64,000 nucleotides of DNA, from contig DYGI01000001.1 in NCBI GenBank assembly GCA_020724805.1, positions 239,157 to 303,156 of the forward strand, read 5' to 3'. Position 1 is the stretch's first letter, and the number at the start of each line of letters is the position of its first letter. Under the pieces are notes generated by a model. That model worked only from the letters and a program-made list of their open reading frames with translations, did no database searches and was not told the DNA's origin. The DNA comes from Candidatus Microgenomatus sp. (GTDB taxonomy: Bacteria; Patescibacteriota; Minisyncoccia; UBA6257; GWB1-50-10). This document shows positions 38,642-50,112 of the stretch, one piece after another. The position numbers and the translations under genes were made by a program.

Positions 38642-39354
38642 AGGTAGTGGTTGCAAACTGGAAAATGAATCCCGCAACGCCGCGGGAAGCAGTAAAACTC
38701 GCACGCGCCGAGGACAAGCTAAAGGTCATCGTCGCGCCTCCGTTCCCGTTCCTTGAGGATGTGGGGAGAGTGTTGAAGAGGGCGACGCTTGGCGCGCAGG
38801 ATGCATTTTGGATTTCCCGCGGCGCATATACCGGGGAAGTTTCAGTGCAACAGTTGAAGAGGCTTCGTGTATCCTACGTTATTGTCGGACACTCGGAGCG
38901 GCGCGCCCAAGGAGAAACGAACGGCATGGTCCGGAAAAAAGTAGAAGCGGTTCATGCCGCCGGCCTTACCCCGATACTTTGCGTGGGTGAGCCGTGGCCA
39001 GTGAGGAAAAAAGGGTTCGCGGCGGCGAAACGTTATGTAGCGCGCCAACTCCACGCAGCGCTTTCGGGTACCCGAAAAAAATTAATTGTGGCATACGAAC
39101 CTGTATGGGCCATTGGGTCTGGAAAAGCGGACAGTCCGGCGGAAGCGGCGGAGATGGCTGATTTTATAAAGGAGTTATTGATTGTGAGTTACCGGTCATC
39201 AGTGAAGGTTTTGTATGGAGGTTCGGTCACCCCGCGCAATGCTCGTGCATTTCTCAAGGCGCGAGCACTTGATGGAGCGTTGGTAGGGGGTGCGAGTTTG
39301 CGTCCGCGCGACTTTACCAAAATAATAAGCGCTATCAATGTCGCGAACCGTTAA
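38638..39354 (+). CDS. tpiA: Triosephosphate isomerase
   Basis: ANWKMN, GAYTGEVS, VGHSERR, AYEPVWAIG, LYGGSV, LVGGASL. Confidence 0.96.
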   Translation: MKVVVANWKMNPATPREAVKLARAEDKLKVIVAPPFPFLEDVGRVLKRATLGAQDAFWISRGAYTGEVSVQQLKRLRVSYVIVGHSERRAQGETNGMVRKKVEAVHAAGLTPILCVGEPWPVRKKGFAAAKRYVARQLHAALSGTRKKLIVAYEPVWAIGSGKADSPAEAAEMADFIKELLIVSYRSSVKVLYGGSVTPRNARAFLKARALDGALVGGASLRPRDFTKIISAINVANR

Positions 39355-40045
39355 ACAATTCATATACGGAGCGGGGTATCTCATGTTTGTCGCGCTCATC
39401 GTAATCGCAGCGCTCCCTTCGCGGGAACCCGAACCGGCGGCGACCACTCCGAATGCGGGGTCGTTTCGTCAGCTCGAGATGCGCGGACCAGTGACTGTTA
39501 TGACCGCTGCGGACGGAAATGTCGCATTGCTTGCGCGCGTGCGGAATCCGAACGAAACCTATCTCGCCGCGCCTTTTTCATATTCGTTTCGCGTGACAGG
39601 GAATGGTGGAGCGGGGATGACCACGCCGGTTCGTACCGAAACGCTGTATCCGCTCGAGACCTCCGCAATTTTGGAGATCGTTCCATCACCGACGTTCACG
39701 GAAGACTCCGAAGTCGCTCTTTTGTTGGGAAACCCCACATGGGCCGGTATTGAGTTTTCGCTTCGTCCTTCTCTCGCGCTAAGAAATGTGGCCACCCGCG
39801 TGGACAGCATCGGCCTTTTGGTGGAGGGAACGGTGACGAACGCCGGGGCAGTTGCGGCGTCACGCGCGCGAATACTTGCGATAGTGAACGACGCGAACGG
39901 TTTTCCTCTTTTTGCGGCGCAGACCGTGCTCGAGAATCTTGCGGGAGGTGCCTCACGAGATTTTTTCATCCGTTTTCCCCGCGATGAAGGACTTGCAACG
40001 CGCGCGCTGCCCGACAAAACCGAAATTCTCATTTACGCGCAATGA
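39338..40045 (+). CDS. Membrane-anchored beta-sandwich hypothetical protein
   Basis: N-terminal TM, ARVRNPN, G.V.N; overlaps both neighbours as in an operon. Confidence 0.7.
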   Translation: MSRTVKQFIYGAGYLMFVALIVIAALPSREPEPAATTPNAGSFRQLEMRGPVTVMTAADGNVALLARVRNPNETYLAAPFSYSFRVTGNGGAGMTTPVRTETLYPLETSAILEIVPSPTFTEDSEVALLLGNPTWAGIEFSLRPSLALRNVATRVDSIGLLVEGTVTNAGAVAASRARILAIVNDANGFPLFAAQTVLENLAGGASRDFFIRFPRDEGLATRALPDKTEILIYAQ

Positions 40046-41121
40046 TAAAATACCCTTTCCGCGCGCTTGATTGGCGCATGATGGTGGCTCTTTTTGTTAT
40101 TGTGGGTGCAAGTGCAACCACGCTCGCTTCCATCGCTCCCGATTTCCTTCTTCGCCAGATCCTGTGGTATGCATTGGCGCTCCTTGTGATTGGCGTAGGG
40201 GCAATAGTGGATTGGCGCTGGCTTGGCGGGGAACGTTGGTTTCGTCTCGGCTTGTATTGGTTCGCGCTTTTCCTACTCGTGGCGACCCATCTTCAAGGTA
40301 CCGTCATTCGCGGTACCACAAGCTGGCTCGTAGTAGGAGGGTTTCAGTTCGAACCTTCAGAACTTATGAAGCTGGCGCTTATTGTGCTCCTCGCGCATTT
40401 TTTTGCGCGGCGGCATCTTGAAGCATGGCGGGGGAGGAACATTCTTTTCTCGCTGGTCGCGGTGGGCGTTCCGGTTTCGCTTATCATGGCGCATCCCGAC
40501 CTTGGTTCCGCACTGATGGTGTTCACGATATGGGTGGGAATATTTCTTGCGAGCGGCATTCATATAAAACGATTTTTGATTGGAGTCGGACTCGCGTGTA
40601 TCGGCGTGGCGCTTCTTTGGAGTTTTGTGTTTGCGCCATATCAGAAAGCCCGCATCACCGGGTTTTTATTCCCGGAGCGTGACCCGCTCGGCACGAGTTA
40701 CAATGTCATTCAATCAAAGATAGCGGTGGGCTCCGCTGGTTGGTTGGGAAAAGGATTCGGAGGAAGTACCCAAGCGCGTCTCGGGTTTCTTCCCGCAGCA
40801 CACAATGATTTTCTTTTTGCGGCGTTCGCGGAAGAATGGGGTGCACTCGGTGCGCTTATTCTTATTGCGGCGTATCTCGTGCTCCTCGCGCGAATTCTTT
40901 CGATTGGCGCCCGCGCACGCGACAATTATTCTCGATTCCTTTCTATAGGGGTTGCAACACTTTTTCTCGCGCAATTTTTTGTGAATGTGGGATCGAATGT
41001 GGGGCTTTTGCCGGTCACCGGACTCACATTTCCTTTCTTTAGTTATGGGGGATCGAGCCTCTTGACGTCGGCCTTGCTCCTCGGTATCATTCAACATATT
41101 CACGTTGAGTCCTCAAGGTAA
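40042..41121 (+). CDS. rodA: SEDS family peptidoglycan polymerase RodA
   Basis: FQFEPSE.MK, PDLGSA, YNVIQSKIAVGSAG..GKG, DF.FA...EEWG, LPVTG..FPFFSYGGSS. Confidence 0.9.
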   Translation: MIKYPFRALDWRMMVALFVIVGASATTLASIAPDFLLRQILWYALALLVIGVGAIVDWRWLGGERWFRLGLYWFALFLLVATHLQGTVIRGTTSWLVVGGFQFEPSELMKLALIVLLAHFFARRHLEAWRGRNILFSLVAVGVPVSLIMAHPDLGSALMVFTIWVGIFLASGIHIKRFLIGVGLACIGVALLWSFVFAPYQKARITGFLFPERDPLGTSYNVIQSKIAVGSAGWLGKGFGGSTQARLGFLPAAHNDFLFAAFAEEWGALGALILIAAYLVLLARILSIGARARDNYSRFLSIGVATLFLAQFFVNVGSNVGLLPVTGLTFPFFSYGGSSLLTSALLLGIIQHIHVESSR

Positions 41122-42172
41122 ACAAGGAGGGAGGGTTGGTTTGCGCTTTCTTTTTTCACTAAGCGCATGCCTCATCCTTCTCACAGGAGTCGCGTATTTT
41201 TTTTACGGTCTCCAGCCTGTGGCTACCGAATTCTCGCAGAATATAGAACGTGCGAGGGAAGAAGGGGAAACGCGTGAAGGAACGGTGGTCAAATTTACAA
41301 TTGCAAAAGGGGAAGGATTTCGAGAAATTGGCGGAAAGCTTTCACAAGCCGACCTCGTCCGCTCACTCTCCGTATTCAAGCTGTATGCACTTCTTGCCGG
41401 ACGCGCGCAGAGATTTCAACCGGGCGTCTACGAACTTTCTCCGGCAATGAGCGTACCGAACATCGTATCGGTGCTTACGGCGGGGAGCCAGGGCGATGTG
41501 TTGGTCACAATCCCTGAAGGCTCGTCCTTGAAGGATATAGACGGAATCCTTGCCGAATCGGGAGTGATACGGAAGGGGGCGCTTACAGCCTTGAGGCCGG
41601 AATCGTTCGTGCTGGAATTCCCGCTCCTCGCACGCGTGACCTCGCTTGAAGGCGTGCTCTTCCCCGACACGTATTACTTTACGGTTGATTCGACGGCAGA
41701 ATCGGTGGCGCGGCGAATGCTTGAAAATTTCATGCGGAAGGGAATGCCGCTTGTCGAAGATGAGACCGATTGGTATGAAGCGGTAATCCTCGCCTCACTC
41801 CTTGAACGAGAGGTGATCACCTTTGCCGACAGGCAGATAGTGGCAGGGATACTCTTGAAGCGCATCCGGATAGGCATCCCACTCCAAGTGGATGCGACCA
41901 TAAGCTATGCAAAATGTGCTGGAAGCTATCGTGAGTGCGAAAATGTGAAAATTGCCCGGAGCGATCTTGGATTTCCATCTCCTTATAACACATACACCCA
42001 CCGCGGATTTCCTCCCACTCCAATCGCAAACCCGGGAAGCGCCACATTGAGAGCCGCAGCGGAACCGGTAGCGAGCCCCTACCTTTACTATCTTTCTGCA
42101 TCAGGCACACAAGAAACGATTTTTTCACGAACCCTTGATGAACATAACGCGAATCGAGCGAGATACCTCTAA
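41105..42172 (+). CDS. mltG: Endolytic transglycosylase MltG
   Basis: VTIPEG, EG.LFPDTY, ILASLLERE, LQVDAT, SPYNTY...G.PPTPIANPG; start uncertain. Confidence 0.93.
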   Translation: MSPQGKQGGRVGLRFLFSLSACLILLTGVAYFFYGLQPVATEFSQNIERAREEGETREGTVVKFTIAKGEGFREIGGKLSQADLVRSLSVFKLYALLAGRAQRFQPGVYELSPAMSVPNIVSVLTAGSQGDVLVTIPEGSSLKDIDGILAESGVIRKGALTALRPESFVLEFPLLARVTSLEGVLFPDTYYFTVDSTAESVARRMLENFMRKGMPLVEDETDWYEAVILASLLEREVITFADRQIVAGILLKRIRIGIPLQVDATISYAKCAGSYRECENVKIARSDLGFPSPYNTYTHRGFPPTPIANPGSATLRAAAEPVASPYLYYLSASGTQETIFSRTLDEHNANRARYL

Positions 42173-42187
42173 CCATTAAGAGCACTC

Positions 42188-45100
42188 ATGGGATATAAAC
42201 CCAAAACATTTTCGTCCTATCAAGGACACGCGTACCCGTTGCCGAATCTCGTGGAAATACAGACGAGGTCGTACGATTGGTTCCTTCGTGAAGGGCTTCG
42301 CGAGCTTCTGGATGAAATCTCGCCCATTAGTGACCACACAGGTGGAGAGCTCGAACTCCACTTCATGGACTATCATTTCGACGAGCCGAAGTACACGGAA
42401 GAGCAGGCGAAAGAAAAGGACCAGACCTACGAAGCGGCGCTCAGAGTGAAACTCAAGTTGGTGCATGTGGGGACGAAGCATGCGGAGGTGCAGGAAGTGT
42501 ATCTCGGCGATTTCCCGCTCATGACCGAGCAGGGAACTTTCATTATCAACGGTGTGGAGCGCGTCGTAGTTTCCCAACTTGTGCGCAGTCCCGGCGTGTA
42601 TTTTTCGGCGAACGTGTTCCGTGGCAAGAAACTGTTCGGCGCGAAAGTTATCCCGAACCGCGGCGCGTGGTTGGAATTCGAGACCGAATCAGACGGATTC
42701 ATCGGAGTGAAGGTTGACCGGAAGCGCAAAGCTCCCGTGACCCAACTTCTCCGGGTGTTCGGGTTTGAAACGGTCGAAGAAATCCTCCAAGAGTTTAAAG
42801 ATGTGGACACGGGAACGGTGCGCCACCTTGAAGCAACGCTCAAAAAAGATGAGGCAGAAACGCGCGCGGACGCGTTCGTGGGAGTTCACCACCGGCTCCG
42901 CCCGGGCGATCTTACCACCGCAGAGAACGCGAAATCGTTCGTGGAATCCATCTTTTTCCGGTTCGACCGATACGACCTTTCGCGCGTCGGGCGCTTTAAA
43001 TTGAATCAGCGGCTTGCCTTCACCAAAAAAGAGGGGGGCCTTATGGATAAGGAGGACCTGGTGGCTATCTTGAAGGAAATAATCCGTTTGAATAATACCC
43101 CCGATGCGGAACCGGACGATATCGACCACCTTGGAAATCGCCGCATTCGTGCGGTCGGAGAACTTGTGCAATCCCGTCTCCGTGTGGGATTTGCCCGCCT
43201 GCGGCGCGGTGTGCAGGACCGCATGTCCACTTTGGACCGCAAGACGCTCCAGCCGGTCCAGCTCGTGAACTATAAATTGCTCACCTCCGTGGTGCGTGAC
43301 TTTTTCTCGTCCTCGCAGCTTTCGCAATTCATGGACCAGGTGAACCCGCTTGCGGAGCTTGAACACAAGCGCCGCCTTTCCGCGATGGGACCAGGTGGTC
43401 TTACCCGTGAAAGAGCGGGATTCGAAGTGCGCGACGTACACCCTTCGTACTACGGACGTATTTGTCCCATTCAGACCCCGGAAGGCGCGAATATCGGGCT
43501 TGTGTCCGCGCTCGCAAGCTACACGCGCGTGAACGAATTCGGATTTTTGGAAACGCCGTATTACAAAGTAGAAAAAGGAACGGTGACGAAGGACATCGTA
43601 TGGCTCGACGCGTTCGAGGAACAACAAGTGAACATTGCGCAGGCCGACACGCTGCGTGACGAACATGGGAAGTTTCGTGAAGCGGTGGTGCCTGCGCGGG
43701 TGAGAGGAGAAGCCGGTACCTGCAAGCGCGACGAGATAGATTATGTGGATGTATCGCCCACACAACTTGCTTCAGTATCCACGTCGCTCATCCCGTTCCT
43801 TGAACACGATGACGCAAACCGCGCACTCATGGGCTCCAACATGCAACGCCAAGCGGTACCGTCACTGCGCCCGCAGGCGCCTTTGGTAGGCACCGGCGAA
43901 GAGGAGCGCGCGGCGCGCGATTCACAGCGTGTAATTGTGGCGCAGGCAGAGGGAGTGGTGACGGAAGCGGATGCAACCGGTATCACGATAAAAACCGCGA
44001 AAGGAATCGAAAAACATCCGCTCATCAATTTCGTGCGCTCGAATGCGACTACCTGTCTCTCGCAACGACCCCTCGTTACCGTGGGAGACAAGGTAAAAAA
44101 AGGGACGCCGCTCGCGGACGGTCCCGCGACCGAAAATGGCGTTCTCGCCCTTGGGCAAAATCTTTTGGTGGCATTCCTCCCGTGGCGCGGGAGAAACTTC
44201 GAGGACGCTATCATTCTTTCCGAGCGCGTAGCGATGGAGGATCGCTTTACTTCCATTCACATCGAAACCTTCGTGTGTTCGGTGCGAGAGACGAAGATAG
44301 GTCCGGAGATAACCACTATGGACATTCCGAACGTTGCGGAAGACAAGCTTCGTAACTTGGACGAGGAAGGTATCGTGCGCATCGGCGCTGAGGTGCGCCC
44401 CGGCGACATACTTGTAGGCAAGATCTCGCCCAAAGGGGAGTCTGAGCTTACCTCCGAGGAGCGTTTGCTTCGTGCAATTTTCGGCGAAAAGGCGCGTGAC
44501 GTGAAGGACACTTCACTCACGCTTCCGCACGGAAAACAAGGACGGGTCATCGGCATTAAAATTTTCTCGCGCGAACGGGGGGACAAACTCGAGCCCGGCA
44601 TCATTAAGAAGGTGCAGATTGAGGTGGCGCAGCTCCGTAAGGTGCGTGCGGGCGATAAGCTCGCGGGTCGCCACGGGAACAAGGGCGTAATCTCACAGAT
44701 CCGTCCGGTGGAAGATATGCCTCACCTCGCGGACGGTACTCCGGTGGATGTTATTTTGAACCCGCTCGGGGTCGCCTCGCGCATGAACTTAGGACAAATA
44801 TTGGAAACTCATCTCGGATTTGCCGCACAGAAGCTCGGGTACCACGCCGCCGTGCCGAATTTTGTGGGCGCGACCGAGGAAGATATACGTACGGAACTCA
44901 GAGCAGCGGGAATCCGTGAGGATGGAAAGTCGGAATTGTGGGATGGGGTAACGGGCGAGAAATTCAAAGACCCCGTGACCGTCGGCATCATCTACGTCAT
45001 GAAGCTCCATCACCTTGTGGAGGACAAAATCCACATGCGTTCCACCGGTCCTTACTCGCTCATTACCCAGCAGCCTTTGGGAGGGAAAGCGCAGCTTGGA

Positions 45101-45379
45101 GGTCAGCGCTTCGGAGAAATGGAAGTGTGGGCACTCGAAGGGTATGGGGCGGCACACACGCTCCAGGAAATGTTGACCATTAAATCGGACGACGTGCTTG
45201 GTCGCTCGGCGGCGTTCGAATCCATCATTCGCGGGTCGGATATCAAAAAACCGAACGTGCCGGCATCTTTCAGCGTACTCGTGTCGGAGTTGAAGGCTCT
45301 CGGACTTTCTATCGGATATGAAACAGAGGAAGGCGCGCCGTCGGACGAACTTCCTGAGGGGATCACTGATGTCACTTAA
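42188..45379 (+). CDS. rpoB: RNA polymerase subunit beta
   Basis: FIINGVERVVVSQ, DDIDHLGNRR, RDVHPS.YGRICP, GDKLAGRHGNKG, GGQRFGEMEVWALE. Confidence 0.99.
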   Translation: MGYKPKTFSSYQGHAYPLPNLVEIQTRSYDWFLREGLRELLDEISPISDHTGGELELHFMDYHFDEPKYTEEQAKEKDQTYEAALRVKLKLVHVGTKHAEVQEVYLGDFPLMTEQGTFIINGVERVVVSQLVRSPGVYFSANVFRGKKLFGAKVIPNRGAWLEFETESDGFIGVKVDRKRKAPVTQLLRVFGFETVEEILQEFKDVDTGTVRHLEATLKKDEAETRADAFVGVHHRLRPGDLTTAENAKSFVESIFFRFDRYDLSRVGRFKLNQRLAFTKKEGGLMDKEDLVAILKEIIRLNNTPDAEPDDIDHLGNRRIRAVGELVQSRLRVGFARLRRGVQDRMSTLDRKTLQPVQLVNYKLLTSVVRDFFSSSQLSQFMDQVNPLAELEHKRRLSAMGPGGLTRERAGFEVRDVHPSYYGRICPIQTPEGANIGLVSALASYTRVNEFGFLETPYYKVEKGTVTKDIVWLDAFEEQQVNIAQADTLRDEHGKFREAVVPARVRGEAGTCKRDEIDYVDVSPTQLASVSTSLIPFLEHDDANRALMGSNMQRQAVPSLRPQAPLVGTGEEERAARDSQRVIVAQAEGVVTEADATGITIKTAKGIEKHPLINFVRSNATTCLSQRPLVTVGDKVKKGTPLADGPATENGVLALGQNLLVAFLPWRGRNFEDAIILSERVAMEDRFTSIHIETFVCSVRETKIGPEITTMDIPNVAEDKLRNLDEEGIVRIGAEVRPGDILVGKISPKGESELTSEERLLRAIFGEKARDVKDTSLTLPHGKQGRVIGIKIFSRERGDKLEPGIIKKVQIEVAQLRKVRAGDKLAGRHGNKGVISQIRPVEDMPHLADGTPVDVILNPLGVASRMNLGQILETHLGFAAQKLGYHAAVPNFVGATEEDIRTELRAAGIREDGKSELWDGVTGEKFKDPVTVGIIYVMKLHHLVEDKIHMRSTGPYSLITQQPLGGKAQLGGQRFGEMEVWALEGYGAAHTLQEMLTIKSDDVLGRSAAFESIIRGSDIKKPNVPASFSVLVSELKALGLSIGYETEEGAPSDELPEGITDVT

Positions 45380-48300
45380 ATCTATGGAAATTCGAAACGA
45401 TTTGAAAAGTATTTTGATAAAACTCGCCAGCCCCGAGGAGGTGCTTTCGTGGTCCAAAGGAGAGGTGACGAAGCCGGAGACCTTGAACTACCGCACCCAG
45501 CGGCCGGAAAAGGATGGGTTGTTCTCCGAGCGTATTTTTGGTCCCACGAAGGATTACGAATGTTACTGCGGAAAATACAAGAAGATACGGTACAAGGGCG
45601 TGGTCTGCGAAAAATGTGGCGTGGAAGTGACTCGCGCTATCGTCCGTCGCGAACGGATGGGACATATTACGCTTGCGGCCCCAGTCTCTCACATTTGGTT
45701 TTTGCGTACCGTTCCCTCGCGTCTCGGGTTGCTCCTCGATACACCACTCTCGAAACTCGAGAAGGTAATGTATTACGCTTCGTTCATCGTGACCGCGGTG
45801 AAAGAAGAGAATCGGAAGCGCTCGCTCGACAACATCGCGAAGGAACTTAAGGGCCTTAAAGCCGACAAGAGCCCCGATTTCGAATCGGCGGTGGGTCGCG
45901 CGGCGGACCTCAAAAAGGCGCTCGACAATTTGCGTCCCGGTCTCGTGTTGTCCGAGAACGAATACTACGCGCTTGCGGAGCGCTTCGGGGATGTTTTCGA
46001 AGCGGATAGGGGAGCGGGAGCGGTGAGAACCATCCTTGAAAATCTTGATTTGAAGGCGATTGCCAGACAGCTTGCGAAAGAGCTGGAGGTTGCGAAGGAC
46101 GAGACAAAGACACGGAGACTTTTGCGCCGTATCAAGGTGGTGCGTTCGTTCCTGAAATCCGGGGTTAAACCGGAGTGGATGATAATGACAGTGCTTCCGG
46201 TGTTGCCGCCTGACCTCCGACCGATGGTGGCGTTGGATGGGGGGCGTTATGCAACCGCCGATTTGAACGACCTTTATCGTCGCGTTATCAACCGCAATAA
46301 CCGTTTGAAGAAGCTTATGGAACTTCGCTCGCCGGAGGTCATCATCACAAACGAGAAGCGCATGCTCCAGGAGGCGGTGGATGCGCTCATCGATAATTCC
46401 TCGCGCTCAGGAACTCAACTGCTTTCTACGCGTCGCCGCCCCCTGCGGTCGCTCGCTGACATTTTGAAAGGGAAGCAGGGGCGCTTCCGCCAAAATCTTT
46501 TGGGAAAGCGGGTGGACTACTCGGGCCGCTCGGTCATTGTGGTCGGTCCCGATTTGAAACTTAACGAGTGTGGACTTCCGAAGACGATGGCACTCGAACT
46601 TTTCCGTCATTTTGTTATCAATAAAATCATCGAGCGCGGGCTTGCCTACAACATCAAACAGGCGAACCGGTTCATTGAGCAGGGTTCTCCCGAAGTGTGG
46701 GAGATACTTGAAGAGGTTATCGAGCACAAACGCGTGCTTTTGAACCGCGCGCCTACGCTTCACCGACTTGGTATCCAGGCGTTCAAACCGGTGCTCATTG
46801 AGGACCTTGCGATTCGTATCCCGCCTTCGGTATGTTCCGCGTTCAACGCCGACTTCGACGGAGACCAAATGGCGGTGCATTTGCCGCTCACGCTTGAGGC
46901 GCAATATGAAGCGGCCGAGCTTATGAACGCGGGGAAAAATCTTTTGAAACCTGCGAACGGTGACCCTATCGTATCGCCCACGCAGGATATGGTGCTCGGG
47001 CTCTACGTGTTGACCCGCGAGGCGCCGGGGGCCATTGGAGAGGGGAAGGTGTTTGCGGACGAGGACGACGCATCGCTTGCATATGAGCACGGCGTCATCA
47101 GTCTCGACGCAAAAATTACCGTGCGGGCGAAAGGGGAGCGACTTACCACCACCTACGGGAGACTTGTCTTTAACCGCATTTTCCCCGAGGACTTCGGATT
47201 TGTGAACGAGCATGTGGGGAAAAAGGCGCTCGCGAAGATAGTGGCGCGTCTTATCGACCGCTACCGCATCGAAAATTCCCAAGAGTATTTGGACAGGATG
47301 AAGGATCTCGGTTTTTACTACGCAACCCGTTCGTCTATTACGTGGGGCATGGGCGATACGGTAACTCCGGAGGAGAAGCAAAAATTCTTTGAGGAGGCGG
47401 AAATTCAGATCCAAACCATCGAATCCCAGTGGAGCGAAGGGTTTCTCACCGCGGAGGAGCGCCGAGAGAAGATTATCGAGGTGTGGACCGAGGTGCGCAA
47501 CAAGGTGGCGAAGCTCATGCCGAAAGTATTGGATCCCAAGAATCCGATCTATTCCATCATCGATTCCGGCTCACGTGGTTCGTGGTCTCAGCCTACCCAG
47601 ATGATGGGCATGAAGGGGCTTGTGCAGGATCCGCGCGGAGAAATCATCGAACTTCCGGTGAAGTCTTCCTACAAGGAGGGTCTTACCGTACTCGAATACT
47701 TCATTTCTACGCATGGAGCTCGAAAAGGGACCACCGACACGGCCTTGAAGACCGCATCGGCCGGGTACCTCACTCGCCGTCTCGTGGACGTCACGCAAGA
47801 CCTCGTGGTTCAAGAGAACGATTGCGGTTCGAAAGAAGGGGTAACGGTAGTGCGCAAAGAAGGGGAAGAATACGGATTCGCGTTCGGCGACCGCCTCTAC
47901 GCGCGCACCGCGCTCGAGGATGTTCGCGCGGGGCGGAAACTGATTGTGCGCGCGGGCGAAGTTATCTCACGTGAAGCGGCGAGCGCGATCCAAGCTTCCG
48001 ATATCGAAGAAATAAAAGTTCGCTCACCCATCACCTGCAAAACACCGCTTGGAGTGTGTGCCACATGTTATGGGCTTGATCTTTCAAAGAATAAACCGGT
48101 AGAGGTAGGGGAAGCGGTCGGCATCATTGCGGCGCAGTCCATCGGTGAACCCGGCACACAGCTCACCATGCGTACGTTCCACATCGGAGGTGTTGCGGGT
48201 GTGGACATTACGCACGGTCTCCCGCGCGTGGAAGAAATATTCGAAGCGCGTCCTCCGAAAGGAAAGGTTCCGCTCGTGAAATCGGACGGCGCGGTGGAAG

Positions 48301-49061
48301 AAATCGAAGAGCGCGGACTCCTCAAAGTCATCAAAGTTCGTCCAGTGGTGGAGAAAAAGACGAAAAAAGGAAAGCGCGCAAAGAGTCCCCATGACGAATA
48401 TTCGGTTCCGGCGAACGTAACGCTTTTTGTGAAAGTGGGCGATAAGGTAACGAAAGGCTCGACGCTTTGTGAAGGACCGTTGGACCTTCGCGAAATCTTG
48501 GCGTACCGCGGGTTCGAAGCGCTCGTACATTACATCACGAACGAAATACAGCGTATCTATGTACCGGAAGGCGCCTACATCAACGACAAGCACATTGAGC
48601 TTATCGTGCGGCAAATGCTTTCGCGCGTCGTGGTAAAAGATCCGGGCGACACTGATTTCATGCCGGGCGATGTGGTGGAACGTTCCCAATTCGTAAGCGC
48701 GAACCGGGAGATGAAAAAGGGAAAGCAGGGCCCCGCAAAAGCGGTTTTGAAGGTGATGGGCATCACCCGGGTGGCGCTCGATTCGCTTTCTTTCCTCTCC
48801 GCCGCGTCGTTCCAGGAAACGAGTCGTGTACTGGTGGGCGCTGCGATCGAAGGGAAGAAGGACCCGCTCCGCGGTCTCAAAGAGAACGTCATCATCGGAA
48901 AACTCATCCCGGCGGGAACGGGAAAGCGGGGAATTCCGCAGGAATACCTCGCCGAGTTGAAGCGTAAGGTATATACCGCGCCGCCTATCCGCCCCGCGGA
49001 AGAAGCGGCTCCCGTCGAGCCGGCTGCCGAACCGGCGATCGAACCGGAGGAAAAAAGTTGA
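45369..49061 (+). CDS. rpoC: RNA polymerase subunit beta'
   Basis: Zn finger [40 protein letters not shown]. Confidence 0.99.
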   Translation: MSLKSMEIRNDLKSILIKLASPEEVLSWSKGEVTKPETLNYRTQRPEKDGLFSERIFGPTKDYECYCGKYKKIRYKGVVCEKCGVEVTRAIVRRERMGHITLAAPVSHIWFLRTVPSRLGLLLDTPLSKLEKVMYYASFIVTAVKEENRKRSLDNIAKELKGLKADKSPDFESAVGRAADLKKALDNLRPGLVLSENEYYALAERFGDVFEADRGAGAVRTILENLDLKAIARQLAKELEVAKDETKTRRLLRRIKVVRSFLKSGVKPEWMIMTVLPVLPPDLRPMVALDGGRYATADLNDLYRRVINRNNRLKKLMELRSPEVIITNEKRMLQEAVDALIDNSSRSGTQLLSTRRRPLRSLADILKGKQGRFRQNLLGKRVDYSGRSVIVVGPDLKLNECGLPKTMALELFRHFVINKIIERGLAYNIKQANRFIEQGSPEVWEILEEVIEHKRVLLNRAPTLHRLGIQAFKPVLIEDLAIRIPPSVCSAFNADFDGDQMAVHLPLTLEAQYEAAELMNAGKNLLKPANGDPIVSPTQDMVLGLYVLTREAPGAIGEGKVFADEDDASLAYEHGVISLDAKITVRAKGERLTTTYGRLVFNRIFPEDFGFVNEHVGKKALAKIVARLIDRYRIENSQEYLDRMKDLGFYYATRSSITWGMGDTVTPEEKQKFFEEAEIQIQTIESQWSEGFLTAEERREKIIEVWTEVRNKVAKLMPKVLDPKNPIYSIIDSGSRGSWSQPTQMMGMKGLVQDPRGEIIELPVKSSYKEGLTVLEYFISTHGARKGTTDTALKTASAGYLTRRLVDVTQDLVVQENDCGSKEGVTVVRKEGEEYGFAFGDRLYARTALEDVRAGRKLIVRAGEVISREAASAIQASDIEEIKVRSPITCKTPLGVCATCYGLDLSKNKPVEVGEAVGIIAAQSIGEPGTQLTMRTFHIGGVAGVDITHGLPRVEEIFEARPPKGKVPLVKSDGAVEEIEERGLLKVIKVRPVVEKKTKKGKRAKSPHDEYSVPANVTLFVKVGDKVTKGSTLCEGPLDLREILAYRGFEALVHYITNEIQRIYVPEGAYINDKHIELIVRQMLSRVVVKDPGDTDFMPGDVVERSQFVSANREMKKGKQGPAKAVLKVMGITRVALDSLSFLSAASFQETSRVLVGAAIEGKKDPLRGLKENVIIGKLIPAGTGKRGIPQEYLAELKRKVYTAPPIRPAEEAAPVEPAAEPAIEPEEKS

Positions 49062-49099
49062 CCCTCATATCGGCCGCGTGATAGGGTAAGCCCGCTTAT

Positions 49100-49510
49100 A
49101 TGAATGAGATTGAACGCAATATCTACGAGATAACCTTCTATACCAAGGAAGAGAACGCCGCGCCGGTGAAGGATGCGATACGCGCGCACCATGGCGAGGT
49201 TATGGAAGAGCGTCCACCTGAAAAGGTGCGTTTTGAATTTCCCGTCAAAAAGGAATCATTCGCGTTTCTCGGCGTGTTTCGGGCAGCGCTTGCGCCAGAG
49301 GAAGTGGCGCCACTTACCCGCGCCCTTACTCTTACACCTTCCGTACTCCGGTTTCTTATCACCACCGCAAAAACCATCGTTGAGGGATCACGCGAAGAGC
49401 GGAAACCCGTGGAGCGCAAGCGCCCGCCTTCTCCGCGTGTCACATCGTCGGAGCCTGAGGTTCTCACGAACGAGGCGATTGAAAAGAAGATAGAGGAGAT
49501 ACTACAATAG
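49100..49510 (+). CDS. rpsF: 30S ribosomal protein S6
   Basis: YEI.F, FPVKK, VLRFLI; position before ssb-rpsR. Confidence 0.82.
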   Translation: MNEIERNIYEITFYTKEENAAPVKDAIRAHHGEVMEERPPEKVRFEFPVKKESFAFLGVFRAALAPEEVAPLTRALTLTPSVLRFLITTAKTIVEGSREERKPVERKRPPSPRVTSSEPEVLTNEAIEKKIEEILQ

Positions 49511-49520
49511 AGGATATGAA

Positions 49521-49638
49521 TCCCGTTAGAGGCAACTAAATTACTATCCAATGATTTACCGTATCAACAACGCACTATCAAATCAAAAGGTCTCGCGGCA
49601 CAACTACGGTTGCCTTGTGGCGACCTGCCTCTAACGGG
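49521..49638. mobile_element. MITE-like element in the ssb start codon
   Basis: 14-bp perfect TIR TCCCGTTAGAGGCA/TGCCTCTAACGGGA; ATGAA direct repeat at 49516 and 49639. Confidence 0.85.
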
Positions 49639-50109
49639 ATGAATCTGAACAAAGTATTCCTCATTGGGCGCCTTACCGCCGATCCACAGCTTCGTACTAC
49701 GACCGGAGGACAGTCGGTGACGTCCTTCAGTGTGGCGACAAATCGCGTGTGGACCGACAAGCAGGGGCAGAAACAGGAAGACGTGCAGTTTCACAATGTG
49801 GTGGTATGGGGTCGACAGGCCGAGATCGCGAGCCAGTTTTTGAAGAAGGGAAGTATGGTGATGGTGGAGGGAAGACTTCAAAATCGTAGCTGGCAGGATA
49901 AACAGGGTCAGAATCGCACCACGACCGAAGTGGTATGCGAACGCATGCAGTTCGGTCCTCGCGCGGGCTCGACAAGCGCGCCGCAAGCGGGGGGATGGCA
50001 GGGAAAGAGCGCAGCGCCGGCACAGGGAGTCGACGAGTCCCCGCACGAGGCGCTTCCCGAGATAGACCTCGAAGAGGGCGACATCAAACCGGAAAACATT
50101 CCTTTTTAA
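49639..50109 (+). CDS. ssb: Single-stranded DNA-binding protein
   Basis: LNKVFLIGRLT.DP, VEGRLQNRSW.D, acidic tail ending IPF. Confidence 0.97.
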   Translation: MNLNKVFLIGRLTADPQLRTTTGGQSVTSFSVATNRVWTDKQGQKQEDVQFHNVVVWGRQAEIASQFLKKGSMVMVEGRLQNRSWQDKQGQNRTTTEVVCERMQFGPRAGSTSAPQAGGWQGKSAAPAQGVDESPHEALPEIDLEEGDIKPENIPF

Positions 50110-50112
50110 ATC

